Part shown: one piece after another, positions 11,116-20,568 of the stretch
How the letters are laid out: each line of letters starts with the position of its first letter
How positions within the stretch are numbered: position 1 is the stretch's first letter
Assembly (NCBI GenBank): GCA_040776945.1
Contig: JAXGZN010000001.1
Location: 736,001 to 800,000, forward strand
Source of the DNA: Methanomassiliicoccaceae archaeon
Lineage (GTDB): Archaea > Thermoplasmatota > Thermoplasmata > Methanomassiliicoccales > Methanomassiliicoccaceae
Direction of reading: 5' to 3'
DNA length: 64,000 bases
Notes under the pieces: generated by a model
What the model was told of the DNA's origin: nothing
Seen by the model: only the letters and a program-made list of their open reading frames with translations
Databases searched by the model: none
Position numbers and translations under genes: made by a program

Positions 11116-11340
11116 TCACATATTTAGCCAGAGCAGGATAGCTACGACCAGACCGAAGATGACGATGGTCTCAGGGATAACGGTCAGGATAAGGCCCTTA
11201 CCAAAGAGCTTGTCGTCCTCGGCCATGGCGCCGACCGCGGCCGCACCGATGCTCGACTCGGCGATAGCTGACGCAATGCCCGTGATGCTAACGGCCAGTC
11301 CTGCTCCAATCGCAATCAATCCGCTACCAATGTCTGCCAT
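11116..11340 (-). CDS. atpK: A1Ao ATP synthase proteolipid subunit K/c (single hairpin)
   Basis: 74 aa, two TM helices, IPETIVIFG. Confidence 0.96.
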   Translation of the reverse strand: MADIGSGLIAIGAGLAVSITGIASAIAESSIGAAAVGAMAEDDKLFGKGLILTVIPETIVIFGLVVAILLWLNM

Positions 11341-11343
11341 TTT

Positions 11344-13395
11344 TTATTCCTCCAGTGTGTGCTTTCTCTCTATCTTTAGCGGGTTGAACTCCAACCCGCC
11401 CCCTTCGTAGAACTTGTTGAAGAGCTCGACGTACTGCAGCCTGATGCCATGCAGTCCTGCCGAGATGATTGCCAGTACGAAGATCATCAGGTGTCCCACC
11501 ACGAAGATGAGCAGCCCGACGATGATCATGATGCCTCCCTCCGAGGCCAGCATCTCAATGGCTATGAAATTGAAGGCCAGCGCCATGCCCGCCTTGGACA
11601 TGCCGATGGCCGCCAGCCTAGTATAGGATAGGACGTTGCTCATGACCTCGGGGAGCTCCACGAGGGCCTTCCCCCCTTCTCCCTTGACCGCCATGACCAG
11701 GCCTACCACCAGCAGGCCCACGCCGGCAAGGAAGCGTATATCGGTGAAGTCCAGAGCGAAACCTCTGATCAGCACATCGACCATGACCAATAGGACGAGG
11801 GCGAAGCCCACCATGATCATTATCCATGAGAACTTCTCGCTTATCGCATGCTTAAGGCCATGCCGGATGGTCATGTTGTAAAACCCGAGGGCCAGTCCGA
11901 TGATCAGGTGAGCGATGCCGATCCACAGGGTAAGGTACAGAAGGATCTTGACGTCCCCCAGCTTGGTAAGGTATCCGAGCTGTATCGGGATGTCGCCGAT
12001 GCTGAAGAGGACCCTGGGGATATCCACGCCCAACAGGGCCGACCAGGACAGTTCATCGGCATGAGGGGCGTTGAACTCTATGCCCAACATGTCGCCGTAC
12101 ATGAACAGCCCGAAGACAATAGAGGCCAAGCCTCCGTAGAACAACATGGTGGAGATGCCCCTCCACTCCTTGCTCTTGGTCTTCTTCAGACCTAGATAGC
12201 CGAGAACGGCGAAGGGAAGGCCGTAGCCAACGTCGCCGACCATTATGCCAAAGAATATGGGGAAGAATATTGCGACCGCGATGGTGGGATCGATCTCGTT
12301 GTATCGAGGGGTTGAGAGCAGCTTGGTGAAGAACTCGAACCGGCCCACTCCCTTGCCGTGCTGGAGCTTTACTGGGGTCTCTTGGGACATGGGCACCGCG
12401 CTCACCTCAGCGGTGGTCATCCCGGCCTCCATCCTTATCTCCTCCTTGGACTCGTGGACCTCCTCCCGGGACCGGTCCTCAAGGACCTCGATGTGGATGC
12501 TGTCCTGGAACTTGTCTTTGAAGGCCTTCTGGACCTTGCCGACATCGGCGGTCGGGGCCCATGCTTCTAGGACGAAGGCGTGCTCCGATGCCCCCATCCT
12601 CAGGGGCAGCTCGGACTTCTCCACCACTATGCTCAGGTGCTCGTCTGATGCAAGGATGAAGTCGGCATGTTTCTCTCGGAGCTGCTCGATGTTCTTTTCA
12701 ACGTCCTCCATCTCCTTGGTAAGGGCGCTGATCTCGCCTTCAAGCTCCGAAGCAATTTTTTCGGGCTTGCCGGTTCCCTCAGGCACCTGCACCTCGGTGA
12801 GGCCGTTCTGTATCAGAACGCGCTGGGCCTCATCCGCCTTGGCAAGCGGGACGAAGACAACTATGAAATTTCCACTGGAACTGGTGAAGGTCTCCACTTC
12901 CCCCCCAAGAGCCTCCATCAGCTGGGCTTCGGGGTTCGAATGGATATGACCGGCGATCACGTCCAGGCTGCCATAGCCCTTGTACATTGAAAGATCAAGG
13001 TCGATGGAGCGGAACGGTTGTAAAAGGGATAGCTTGGACTGGGCCTCGCTGAGGCGGGCCTGCATGGCCGACTTCGACGCGATGGTCCCGTGCATCTCGG
13101 CCTCGATCTGCTCTATTGTAGTATCTATGGTTGGCGCGATCTTGCTGATCGGCACCTTGTTCCCGAACTTGGCCTCGTCGACCTTGAGGTCCTTCTCCAT
13201 GGATCGCAGCTTCAGGAGCATGCGGGACGCGTCCGACGCCTCGGGAAGGGGGGACCCCAGGGTGAACCCTTCCTCGTCGGGGGAGAAGTCGACAACATGG
13301 ACGTTCTCGAGCCCATAGAGAAGTTCGATGGAGGCTGGTAACCTTTCCTTGGTCCCTACGACCAAGATCCTACTCATTGGCTCCGGCAGCAGCAT
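11344..13395 (-). CDS. atpI: A1Ao ATP synthase subunit I/a
   Basis: P.YNEIDPT, GDVGYG, LSYTRL, RLQYVE.F.KFY. Confidence 0.97.
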   Translation of the reverse strand: MLLPEPMSRILVVGTKERLPASIELLYGLENVHVVDFSPDEEGFTLGSPLPEASDASRMLLKLRSMEKDLKVDEAKFGNKVPISKIAPTIDTTIEQIEAEMHGTIASKSAMQARLSEAQSKLSLLQPFRSIDLDLSMYKGYGSLDVIAGHIHSNPEAQLMEALGGEVETFTSSSGNFIVVFVPLAKADEAQRVLIQNGLTEVQVPEGTGKPEKIASELEGEISALTKEMEDVEKNIEQLREKHADFILASDEHLSIVVEKSELPLRMGASEHAFVLEAWAPTADVGKVQKAFKDKFQDSIHIEVLEDRSREEVHESKEEIRMEAGMTTAEVSAVPMSQETPVKLQHGKGVGRFEFFTKLLSTPRYNEIDPTIAVAIFFPIFFGIMVGDVGYGLPFAVLGYLGLKKTKSKEWRGISTMLFYGGLASIVFGLFMYGDMLGIEFNAPHADELSWSALLGVDIPRVLFSIGDIPIQLGYLTKLGDVKILLYLTLWIGIAHLIIGLALGFYNMTIRHGLKHAISEKFSWIMIMVGFALVLLVMVDVLIRGFALDFTDIRFLAGVGLLVVGLVMAVKGEGGKALVELPEVMSNVLSYTRLAAIGMSKAGMALAFNFIAIEMLASEGGIMIIVGLLIFVVGHLMIFVLAIISAGLHGIRLQYVELFNKFYEGGGLEFNPLKIERKHTLEE

Positions 13396-13714
13396 CTAAT
13401 GTCCTCTCGAAGCTTTGTTTGATCATGAGCTTTGCCTTGGGTATCCGATCGTTAGCCCTGGCCTCGATCTTGGCAGCCTCGTCCCTGCCCTTGGCGAGCA
13501 GTGCTTCCCTCTGAACGGATAGCGACTGTCTCTCCTGAGCGAAGGCGGACTCGTTCTTGGCGCGAAGGTCCTGCTCGGCCTTCTGCATCCTGTCCACGGC
13601 TTCCCTTCGAGCGGCGGCGACGATGCTCCTCTGCTTCTCTTCCGCCTGCTCGAGCGTCTGCTTGGCCTTGGCCTCAGCGTCTTTTACTTGGAGAAGTGTT
13701 TCAGCTTTGCCCAC
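13370..13714 (-). CDS. atpH: A1Ao ATP synthase subunit H/G
   Basis: Coiled-coil protein at the head of the operon; GTG start at 13714 with an AT-rich TATA-like box upstream. Confidence 0.85.
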   Translation of the reverse strand: MGKAETLLQVKDAEAKAKQTLEQAEEKQRSIVAAARREAVDRMQKAEQDLRAKNESAFAQERQSLSVQREALLAKGRDEAAKIEARANDRIPKAKLMIKQSFERTLDAAAGANE

Positions 13715-13865
13715 AGAACTCTCTCCGGAAGGTTTCTCCAGTATCGTTTCATGATATTTAAAGTGTTGTGAAATCAGGCGCTGGCCCTCTTCCCTCCAGG
13801 CAGGTTTCCGCTCGTTGTTGGAAAAATAAAAACGGTCGAGCGGGCCCTGCCAGATTAAGTGCCGT

Positions 13866-14336
13866 TTACTCGTTAGGGCGCTCGGCCGCTCGGGAACCGA
13901 ACCTACGGACCACGACCCCGCTCTCATCGAGCACCCTCCTCGAGAGCTCGTCGATGTAATCGTCCTTGTATACGATCTCGCGGATGCCGGCGTTCACCAG
14001 GATCTTGGCGCACATGACGCATGGGAAGTTGGTGGTGTAAATGGTAGAGTCCTTGATGCTAACCCCAAAGTAGGCCGCTTGGATCACGGCGTTCTGCTCC
14101 GCGTGGACCCCCCGGCACAGCTCGTGGCGGGTGCCGGACTCCACGTGGTTCTGCATGCGGACGCAGCCTACCTCCCCGCAGTGCCTGAGCCCCTTGGGCG
14201 CCCCGTTGTATCCAGTGGTCAGCACTCGCTTCTCCTTGACCACCACCGCTCCTACGTTGCGCCTCAGGCATGTGGAACGGGTGGCCACTAGCTCGGCCAT
14301 CCTCATGAAGTAGGTGTCGTTGTCCGGCCGCTCCAT
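13866..14336 (-). CDS. dCMP deaminase family protein
   Basis: RSTC, GYNG, HAEQNA, PC..C motifs. Confidence 0.93.
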   Translation of the reverse strand: MERPDNDTYFMRMAELVATRSTCLRRNVGAVVVKEKRVLTTGYNGAPKGLRHCGEVGCVRMQNHVESGTRHELCRGVHAEQNAVIQAAYFGVSIKDSTIYTTNFPCVMCAKILVNAGIREIVYKDDYIDELSRRVLDESGVVVRRFGSRAAERPNE

Positions 14337-14445
14337 GCCCGTCCATCCGTCCTTCGGCATATCTAACTTGTGCCGCCTTAAGGGAGCGTTCGTACGGTAC
14401 CCGGTCGCTAAGAGTATTATACTATCTCCCCCTTTGTGTGACCTC

Positions 14446-15324
14446 GTGCCATCCAGGCAGAGCGGCTCTCAAGGACGGTGGTACAAGCTCAAACCGTTCA
14501 TCATCGCCCCGGTCATTTTCATCGTTCTCGTGGGGGGCATCTATGCCTACAGTGGAGTGTGGCCTCCCATGGTGGTCGTTGAGTCGAAGAGCATGCAGCA
14601 CTCCGACCGGAGCTCCATCGGGGTAATTGACACCGGCGACATAGTGATGGTGAGGTCGGTGGGCTCGGCCGATGAGGTGGTGACATATCTGAGAGGCGTG
14701 GCCACCGGCCATTCGACGTATGGAGAGCCGGGGGACGTCATCATATACCATAAGAGCGGGATGAGCCGGCCGATAATACATAGAGCAATCGCGGCGCTGG
14801 AGTACAACGCCACCGGCGGTGGGTTCGATGTTCCTGAGCTGGCGAACGTGCCGGCATCGATGTGGTCCGTGCCGGGCGGCGACCGGGCCTGGTGGAACCT
14901 TAAGGACAGCGTGGAGCTGTACGGCATCGGGTTCCTGAAGGTGACCGTCATCATCGACCTAAAGGCCATGCTGGATTACATGAGATCGCCGGCATACTCC
15001 GGGGAACCGCACGGCGGGCTCATCACCATGGGCGACAACAACTATTACACGGGCGTCGACGGCACCCTCTTGGGCAAGTACGACCAGAGATGGCTGGGCT
15101 CGATGAGGGAGCCGATAAAGAGCGAGTGGATCGTTGGCAAGGCCAGAGGCGAGCTGCCATGGTTCGGGCTCATCAAGCTGTATGCCACCGGCACCGCGCC
15201 GGACTACACTCCGGAGAACAGCAAGGTTGACCTGGTGATCGCGCTCGCCCTGATCATTGTCGTCCCCATCGCCATCGACGTCCTTCAAGCGGTCGTGCGG
15301 GGACGCTCCGGGCGCAATGAATGA
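14446..15324 (+). CDS. Signal peptidase I (S26, Sec11-type)
   Basis: TM then VVES.SM (catalytic Ser), GDV, IIHR, GDNN; start uncertain. Confidence 0.9.
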   Translation: MPSRQSGSQGRWYKLKPFIIAPVIFIVLVGGIYAYSGVWPPMVVVESKSMQHSDRSSIGVIDTGDIVMVRSVGSADEVVTYLRGVATGHSTYGEPGDVIIYHKSGMSRPIIHRAIAALEYNATGGGFDVPELANVPASMWSVPGGDRAWWNLKDSVELYGIGFLKVTVIIDLKAMLDYMRSPAYSGEPHGGLITMGDNNYYTGVDGTLLGKYDQRWLGSMREPIKSEWIVGKARGELPWFGLIKLYATGTAPDYTPENSKVDLVIALALIIVVPIAIDVLQAVVRGRSGRNE

Positions 15325-15342
15325 TAGGCCCGGCAACGAAGC

Positions 15343-16578
15343 TCAGATAAGGGTCGTCTGGTTCTTGGGCCGATAGTTCCTGATGCCCTGCAGGATCTCG
15401 TCGTCCTCAAGGATCTTCTTCGTTTCCACCCTCGGCACCGAGGACTCTATCTCCTTCGTCCGCCCGCCCCGCCCGAAGGACTTGACCCTGGCATGTATTA
15501 TGCCGAGCATGTCCAGCTCGGAGATGAGGTCGGTGACGCGGCGTTGGGTGAGCACGGTGACGCCAATTATCTGGCTCAGCTCCCTGTAGGTCTCGTAGAC
15601 ATCGCCGGTGGTCAGCCGTCCGTCCCCTCGGTCCTCGTTGAGAAGTATGCTCATGAGGACCAGCTTCGACTGCGTCGGCAGCGTCCGTATGGCCTCGGTG
15701 ACGCAGTCCAGTTCGATCTTGTTCTTGGCCTTGTAAACATGCGCCTCGGTGACCTTGTCGTCGCCGTTGCGCTCGGCGATCTCGGCCGCCACCCTTAGTA
15801 GGTCGAGCGCTCGCCGGGCGTCCCCGTGCTCCTGCGCCGCCAGGGCCGAGCAAAGCGGCGCCACCGCAGGCTCGACGACGCCGCTGAAGAACGCCAGGTC
15901 GGACCGTTGCTTCAGGATGTCCTTGAGCTGCTCCGCGTTATATGGAGGGAACACCATCTTCTCCTCTCCCAGGCGGCTCTTGACCCGGGGATCGAGGAAC
16001 TCTGTGAACTTGAGGTCGTTGGAGATGCCGATGAGCGATACCTTCGCCCGCTGGAGGTCATCATTGATCCTGGACAGGTGGTACAGCACGTCGTCTCCCG
16101 ACTTGTACACGAGCTTGTCTATCTCGTCGAGCACGAGGATCACGACCCTGTTGGTGTCGTCGATCTTCTCCCTGAGGATGTTGTAGACCCTTTCAGTGCT
16201 CCATCCGGTGAAGGGTATGCGCTCATTGAAATCGCCGATGAACATGTTGCCGATGTTCTGGAGAACGCCATACTGAGTGTCGACGACCTCGCAGTTCATG
16301 TACAGGTAGGTCACGCGGTTGAACTTGGAGTCGGCCTTCTGGATCTCTTTCCCCAAGTACTTCACCGATGCGGTCTTGCCGGTGCCGGTCTTACCGAAGA
16401 TAAGGACGTTGGACGGCCGGTCGCCGCGCAATGCGGTCACCAGGATCGACGCGAGCTGATTGATCTGTTCCTTGCGGTGGGGGAGTTCGTCAGGAATATA
16501 GGACGGTCGGAGGATCTCTCGATTGCGTTGGAAAATCTTCTTCGCGTTCAAGTACGGCTGGAATATGCTTTCGTCCAC
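15343..16578 (-). CDS. cdc6: Orc1/Cdc6 replication initiator
   Basis: GKTGTGKT, LDEID, HGDARRALDLLR, C-terminal wHTH GRGGRT. Confidence 0.97.
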   Translation of the reverse strand: MDESIFQPYLNAKKIFQRNREILRPSYIPDELPHRKEQINQLASILVTALRGDRPSNVLIFGKTGTGKTASVKYLGKEIQKADSKFNRVTYLYMNCEVVDTQYGVLQNIGNMFIGDFNERIPFTGWSTERVYNILREKIDDTNRVVILVLDEIDKLVYKSGDDVLYHLSRINDDLQRAKVSLIGISNDLKFTEFLDPRVKSRLGEEKMVFPPYNAEQLKDILKQRSDLAFFSGVVEPAVAPLCSALAAQEHGDARRALDLLRVAAEIAERNGDDKVTEAHVYKAKNKIELDCVTEAIRTLPTQSKLVLMSILLNEDRGDGRLTTGDVYETYRELSQIIGVTVLTQRRVTDLISELDMLGIIHARVKSFGRGGRTKEIESSVPRVETKKILEDDEILQGIRNYRPKNQTTLI

Positions 16579-16616
16579 TTCTCTCCCCCGTCGATGTGAA
16601 AATGGCCCAGACCGCT

Positions 16617-16638
16617 ACCCCTTCATTTCCATTGGAGA
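16617..16638 (-). promoter_or_regulatory. Origin recognition box ORB1
   Basis: Reverse complement TCTCCAATGGAAATGAAGGGGT matches the ORB consensus TCCA..GGAAA...G-string. Confidence 0.88.
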
Positions 16639-16748
16639 GCGGCCGGGGCCCTTCCTTGGACACATATAGAAGGCATATAATTTACTTTTTCTTTTAGTTA
16701 TGTCCAGAGCATATTTGGTTTTTTAAAAAAATATCTCATAAGACCCCC

Positions 16749-16770
16749 ACCCCTTCATTTCCATTGGAGA
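16749..16770 (-). promoter_or_regulatory. Origin recognition box ORB2
   Basis: Exact 22-bp direct repeat of ORB1. Confidence 0.88.
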
Positions 16771-17018
16771 TAATAAAAACGCACCGGTCCCACGGGAAAC
16801 ATAGGTCAGGCAGAGCACTGGTCATGCGATCGAAGAAGGGGATAGGTCCGCTTGAGGGCATCGAACCTGAGCGCAGGTGCAGACGATCGGGATGATGTGA
16901 TCCATCTGAAACGTACATCGGAAACGATGGTGTGAGAGAGATAATGCCAAAGTGAAGGTGGGTAAGGACAATATACTTACGTTAAATATAGTAAGGAAAA
17001 GGAAGGAAGGAAGGAAGG

Positions 17019-18284
17019 GTGAAGGACGACCTTAGAAGGGGAGGGCGACCTCTGGTCGCTATCGTGACCTTGGACGAGGATATCTCTGAACTGGAGGACC
17101 TCGCCCGCTCGGCAGGCTATGAGGTGCGATACGAGATCATCCAACGAAGGAGATTCCCGAACACCCGAACCTTCATCGGAAAGGGGAAGCTCAAGGACGT
17201 CAAGCAAGTACTGGATATGGCCCCCGTATCTGCTCTCATCATCAACGGCGAGCTGAGACCATCGCAGCACTACCTACTCGAGAGCCAGTTGGGAGTGGAG
17301 TGCATCGACCGCGTCCGACTGGTCCTCAATATATTCTCCGAGCGGGCATCATCCCGCGAATCGAAGCTGCAGGTGCTCAGGGCCAAGCTGATCTACGAGA
17401 TACCCCTGCTTCGAGAGTGGATACACAATGCCAAGACAGGAGAGCATCCTGGTTTCCTAGGAGGCGGCGCCTATGAGACCGATGCTTATTACGAGCTGAT
17501 CCGACGACAGCTCAGCAGGATAGACGGGGAACTGCATAGGATGGACATCAATCACCTGCTCCGCCGCCAACAACGCCGAAAAAGAGGGTTCAGCACCGTT
17601 GCGCTCGCCGGCTATACAAATGCCGGCAAATCCTCCATCCTCAACTCGATCACCTCAGAGAAGGTCCTGGTGGAGGACCGCATGTTCTCGACCCTGACCA
17701 CCACCATAGGGCGTTTGGAGGGGGAGAACAAGCCGATCCTGGTCACCGACACCATCGGCTTTCTTGACGCTCTTCCCCATTTCCTCATCGAGTCCTTCAA
17801 GAGCACCGTCGACGAGATCTATTTCGCCGACCTCGTGCTGCTGATAATCGACGCCTCGGACACCCTGGAAGAGGTCCGTAGAAAGATGGAGACGTCCCGG
17901 GAGATCCTGTTCCCTGAGGTGGATGCATCATCTCTGCTCATTGTTCTCAACAAGAGAGATCTGGTCAGCGATATGCAGGCCAAGGCCGACCTGGCCACGG
18001 AACTGGTACCGGCACGCGGGGTGCTGACTGTCTCCGCCCTCACTGGTCAGGGCATGGACGCTCTCCGCGACGCGATCGCGGCCACCTTTCAATACCCAGT
18101 GGAGATGCGTTTCCAGCTGCCTCACGGCGAAGGCGTGGCACCTTTCCTCTCCTGGCTGCACACCAATGCCGAGGTGGTCCAAGTGAAATATGGCGATAGG
18201 GTCGAGGTCCACCTGTTCGGCCAGGAGAAGGACCACACCAACATAGTAAGACAGGTGGTGGCCCTGGGCGGCCAGGCGATGTGA
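17019..18284 (+). CDS. hflX: Ribosome-splitting GTPase HflX
   Basis: IG.GK, DR..L.L.IF..RA...E.KLQV, GYTNAGKS, F.TL, DT.GF, NK.D. Confidence 0.95.
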   Translation: MKDDLRRGGRPLVAIVTLDEDISELEDLARSAGYEVRYEIIQRRRFPNTRTFIGKGKLKDVKQVLDMAPVSALIINGELRPSQHYLLESQLGVECIDRVRLVLNIFSERASSRESKLQVLRAKLIYEIPLLREWIHNAKTGEHPGFLGGGAYETDAYYELIRRQLSRIDGELHRMDINHLLRRQQRRKRGFSTVALAGYTNAGKSSILNSITSEKVLVEDRMFSTLTTTIGRLEGENKPILVTDTIGFLDALPHFLIESFKSTVDEIYFADLVLLIIDASDTLEEVRRKMETSREILFPEVDASSLLIVLNKRDLVSDMQAKADLATELVPARGVLTVSALTGQGMDALRDAIAATFQYPVEMRFQLPHGEGVAPFLSWLHTNAEVVQVKYGDRVEVHLFGQEKDHTNIVRQVVALGGQAM

Positions 18285-18356
18285 TCCGCCCAGCCTCGGG
18301 GGAACAGCGCGGGCCCGGATGAACAGACCTGATAACAGACCCGGTACCGCTCGGCC

Positions 18357-18378
18357 GTTCCAATGGAAATGGAGGGGT
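18357..18378 (+). promoter_or_regulatory. Origin recognition box ORB3 (inverted relative to ORB1/2)
   Basis: GTTCCAATGGAAATGGAGGGGT in the gap after hflX. Confidence 0.8.
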
Positions 18379-18392
18379 CCCCCTCTTTCCCC

Positions 18393-18743
18393 TCATTTGA
18401 TCCCGAATTCCTTCTTCTTGGTCGCCAGGCGGTCCTCGTAGCTCACCGGCAATCTCCATGCCAGGTACTCCACGTCATCTAGCCGCTTGACAAAGAGGGC
18501 CTTGCTCTTCTCTTCCATGAGCTTGTTGAACTTACGCACGTTGAGACGATAGCTCACGAACCAGATAGCCCCCACCAAGAGCATGACGCCCCCGATCCCG
18601 GCTAGCCAAAATCCCCAGGCCCCGATCTCGAGGAAGTAGTTGCCCAGCAGATCGAGGGTCCCGACGATCAGCATGACCGCGCCCGCCGCGAGGATCGCCA
18701 ATGATAGGAGCGGCGCGTGCTGCACGGTATATGGCTTAGACAT
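18393..18743 (-). CDS. Small two-TM membrane protein (DUF3198-like)
   Basis: Two TM helices; SKA.F...L..EYLAWRLP tail. Confidence 0.7.
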   Translation of the reverse strand: MSKPYTVQHAPLLSLAILAAGAVMLIVGTLDLLGNYFLEIGAWGFWLAGIGGVMLLVGAIWFVSYRLNVRKFNKLMEEKSKALFVKRLDDVEYLAWRLPVSYEDRLATKKKEFGIK

Positions 18744-18834
18744 GCAGGCCGAATCTGCGACGGCCTATTCAAGACTATCCTCTAAATATGGATGCAGTGA
18801 AAACCTATTACTCGCTGGAACGCCAAGGCGGGAC

Positions 18835-19179
18835 GTGACGCTCCAAACCCCAAGGCCGCTCACCCTTCTCCTTCTGGCCGCCGTGTCCGTCTTCGCCCTC
18901 GCCGCCCTCTCCGGTCTCGGACCGCAGGAGGCGGCCGGCCTCGGGCAACTGGAAGGCGAAGCGACCGTGGCGGTCGTGGTCACCGGATGCCGTAACTGCA
19001 CCGGCGGATACCTTCTGGAGATCGCGGACGGCGAGGGAGGGGAGGCCACCGCCTTCTGTTCCTCTGGACTGCTGCCCGTACCGCCGGCCGTCGGGGCCGC
19101 GGCGACGCTGACCGTGCGCCCATCCGCCGAAGATCCCCACTTCCTTTTCGTGAGCGCGATATCGTTCGCAGCACCGTAA
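18835..19179 (+). CDS. Hypothetical membrane-anchored protein with OB-fold-like domain
   Basis: N-terminal hydrophobic helix followed by beta-rich domain; start uncertain. Confidence 0.5.
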   Translation: MTLQTPRPLTLLLLAAVSVFALAALSGLGPQEAAGLGQLEGEATVAVVVTGCRNCTGGYLLEIADGEGGEATAFCSSGLLPVPPAVGAAATLTVRPSAEDPHFLFVSAISFAAP

Positions 19180-19218
19180 AGGATTGATACCCCTCCGCCC
19201 TTTGGGCCTCCGGGGCCC

Positions 19219-20523
19219 ATGTTCATCGCCGCCGACGACACCGATTCGTCCACCTGGATGTGCACCACCTTTCTGGCCACAGAACTGGTGAGGGCGACCG
19301 CGGAATGGGACCTCATCGGCCTGCCTCGGCTGGTCCGCCTGAACCCGGCGGTCCCGTGGAAGACCAGGGGGAACGGCGCGATATGCATCCGGGTCGGCCG
19401 GGGGGCCGGAGAGCCGCGCCTGTGCGGCCGCCTGGACGGTCGGGACCTGGTATGCTACGCCCGCTCGGCAGGGGAGCCGGACGCGGACGAGGTGATGGCA
19501 AGATGCTGGCCGGTGGTGGAGCGATGGTCCCAGACGGACTCTTCGGACCCTGGACTGGCGGTCGGCCGCAATGCTCCGGCCCCCGATCTGTACTACCGTG
19601 CGGTCCGCGAGATCATAGATCAGGAGGAAGCGGTCCGCGAGCTCCTGAAGGTCGAGGCCAGGACCTTCGAGATGAACTCCGGGCGCGGCCTGATCGGCGC
19701 CGCGGCGGCGGCCGCCTGGAGGCCGCAGGACCGCACCTATGAGGTTCTCGCGTACCGGGAGCGGGAGCGGTGGGGCCTTCCCCGGCTGGTGTCAGAGGAT
19801 GACGTCGCGCTCCTGGACGACCGCTTCCCATCGACATTCAACAACTACGATCGGTCGGCCGGTCGGCCAGTAATAGTACCGCACACCAACTGTCCGGTGC
19901 TCTTCGGCGTCCGTGGGGACTCCCCACTTGAGGTCATGGACGCCGCCCGGTCCATCTCCTCGGAGCCAGTGGAGCGGTGGATGCTGTTCATAACCAACCA
20001 AGGGACGGACGATCACATAGTCACTTCTTGGAAGGCGCTCGTGCCGAGTTCCTCGTACCTGGTGGAAGGGGAGGTGGTGTCCATGCCCAGGACAATCCCC
20101 GGCGGGCATGTGATATTCTCGCTGGGCACTGCCGTGGGGGACCTAGACTGCGCTGCCTACGAGCCGTCCAAGGGCTTCCGGGACGTGGTCCGCATGCTGC
20201 GCCCAGGGGACCGCATCCAGGCAATGGGCGAGCTTCGTGACCGGCCGAGGACGATGAACATCGAGAAGCTCAACGTCCTGTCGCTCGCCCGTGTCGAGGT
20301 CAGGTCGAGCCCCCGGTGTCCGTCCTGCGGTCGGAGGACCGGGTCGGCCGGCCGGGGCCAAGGTTACCGATGCCGCAAGTGCGGGACCAAGGGCCTTCCG
20401 GCAGAGGCGGTGAGCGAGCTCCGGGGCATCGCTCCAGGATGGTACGAGCCCCCGGTGAGCGCCCGCCGCCACCTGTCAAAGCCGCTGAAGCGCATGGGCC
20501 AGATTTCGACCATCGCCGTATAG
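19219..20523 (+). CDS. tiaS: tRNA(Ile2) agmatinylcytidine synthetase
   Basis: DDTDS...CTT, LVRLNP.VPWKTRGN, TNQGTD, zinc ribbon, RRHLSKP. Confidence 0.96.
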   Translation: MFIAADDTDSSTWMCTTFLATELVRATAEWDLIGLPRLVRLNPAVPWKTRGNGAICIRVGRGAGEPRLCGRLDGRDLVCYARSAGEPDADEVMARCWPVVERWSQTDSSDPGLAVGRNAPAPDLYYRAVREIIDQEEAVRELLKVEARTFEMNSGRGLIGAAAAAAWRPQDRTYEVLAYRERERWGLPRLVSEDDVALLDDRFPSTFNNYDRSAGRPVIVPHTNCPVLFGVRGDSPLEVMDAARSISSEPVERWMLFITNQGTDDHIVTSWKALVPSSSYLVEGEVVSMPRTIPGGHVIFSLGTAVGDLDCAAYEPSKGFRDVVRMLRPGDRIQAMGELRDRPRTMNIEKLNVLSLARVEVRSSPRCPSCGRRTGSAGRGQGYRCRKCGTKGLPAEAVSELRGIAPGWYEPPVSARRHLSKPLKRMGQISTIAV

Positions 20524-20568
20524 AGCGACCGGCGGTTTTTTTATACACCAATCCCCTGGTCGGCTTGG

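Larger units (their letters stand above)
16579..17018. other. Probable chromosomal replication origin (oriC)
   Basis: Non-coding gap directly upstream of cdc6, with two identical ORBs flanking an AT-rich tract at about 16664-16740. Confidence 0.85.

Noticed and set aside
16617-16770. 22-bp direct repeats as a mini CRISPR array
   Set aside because: Only two adjacent copies, 110 bp apart, matching the ORB consensus next to cdc6; no cas genes.
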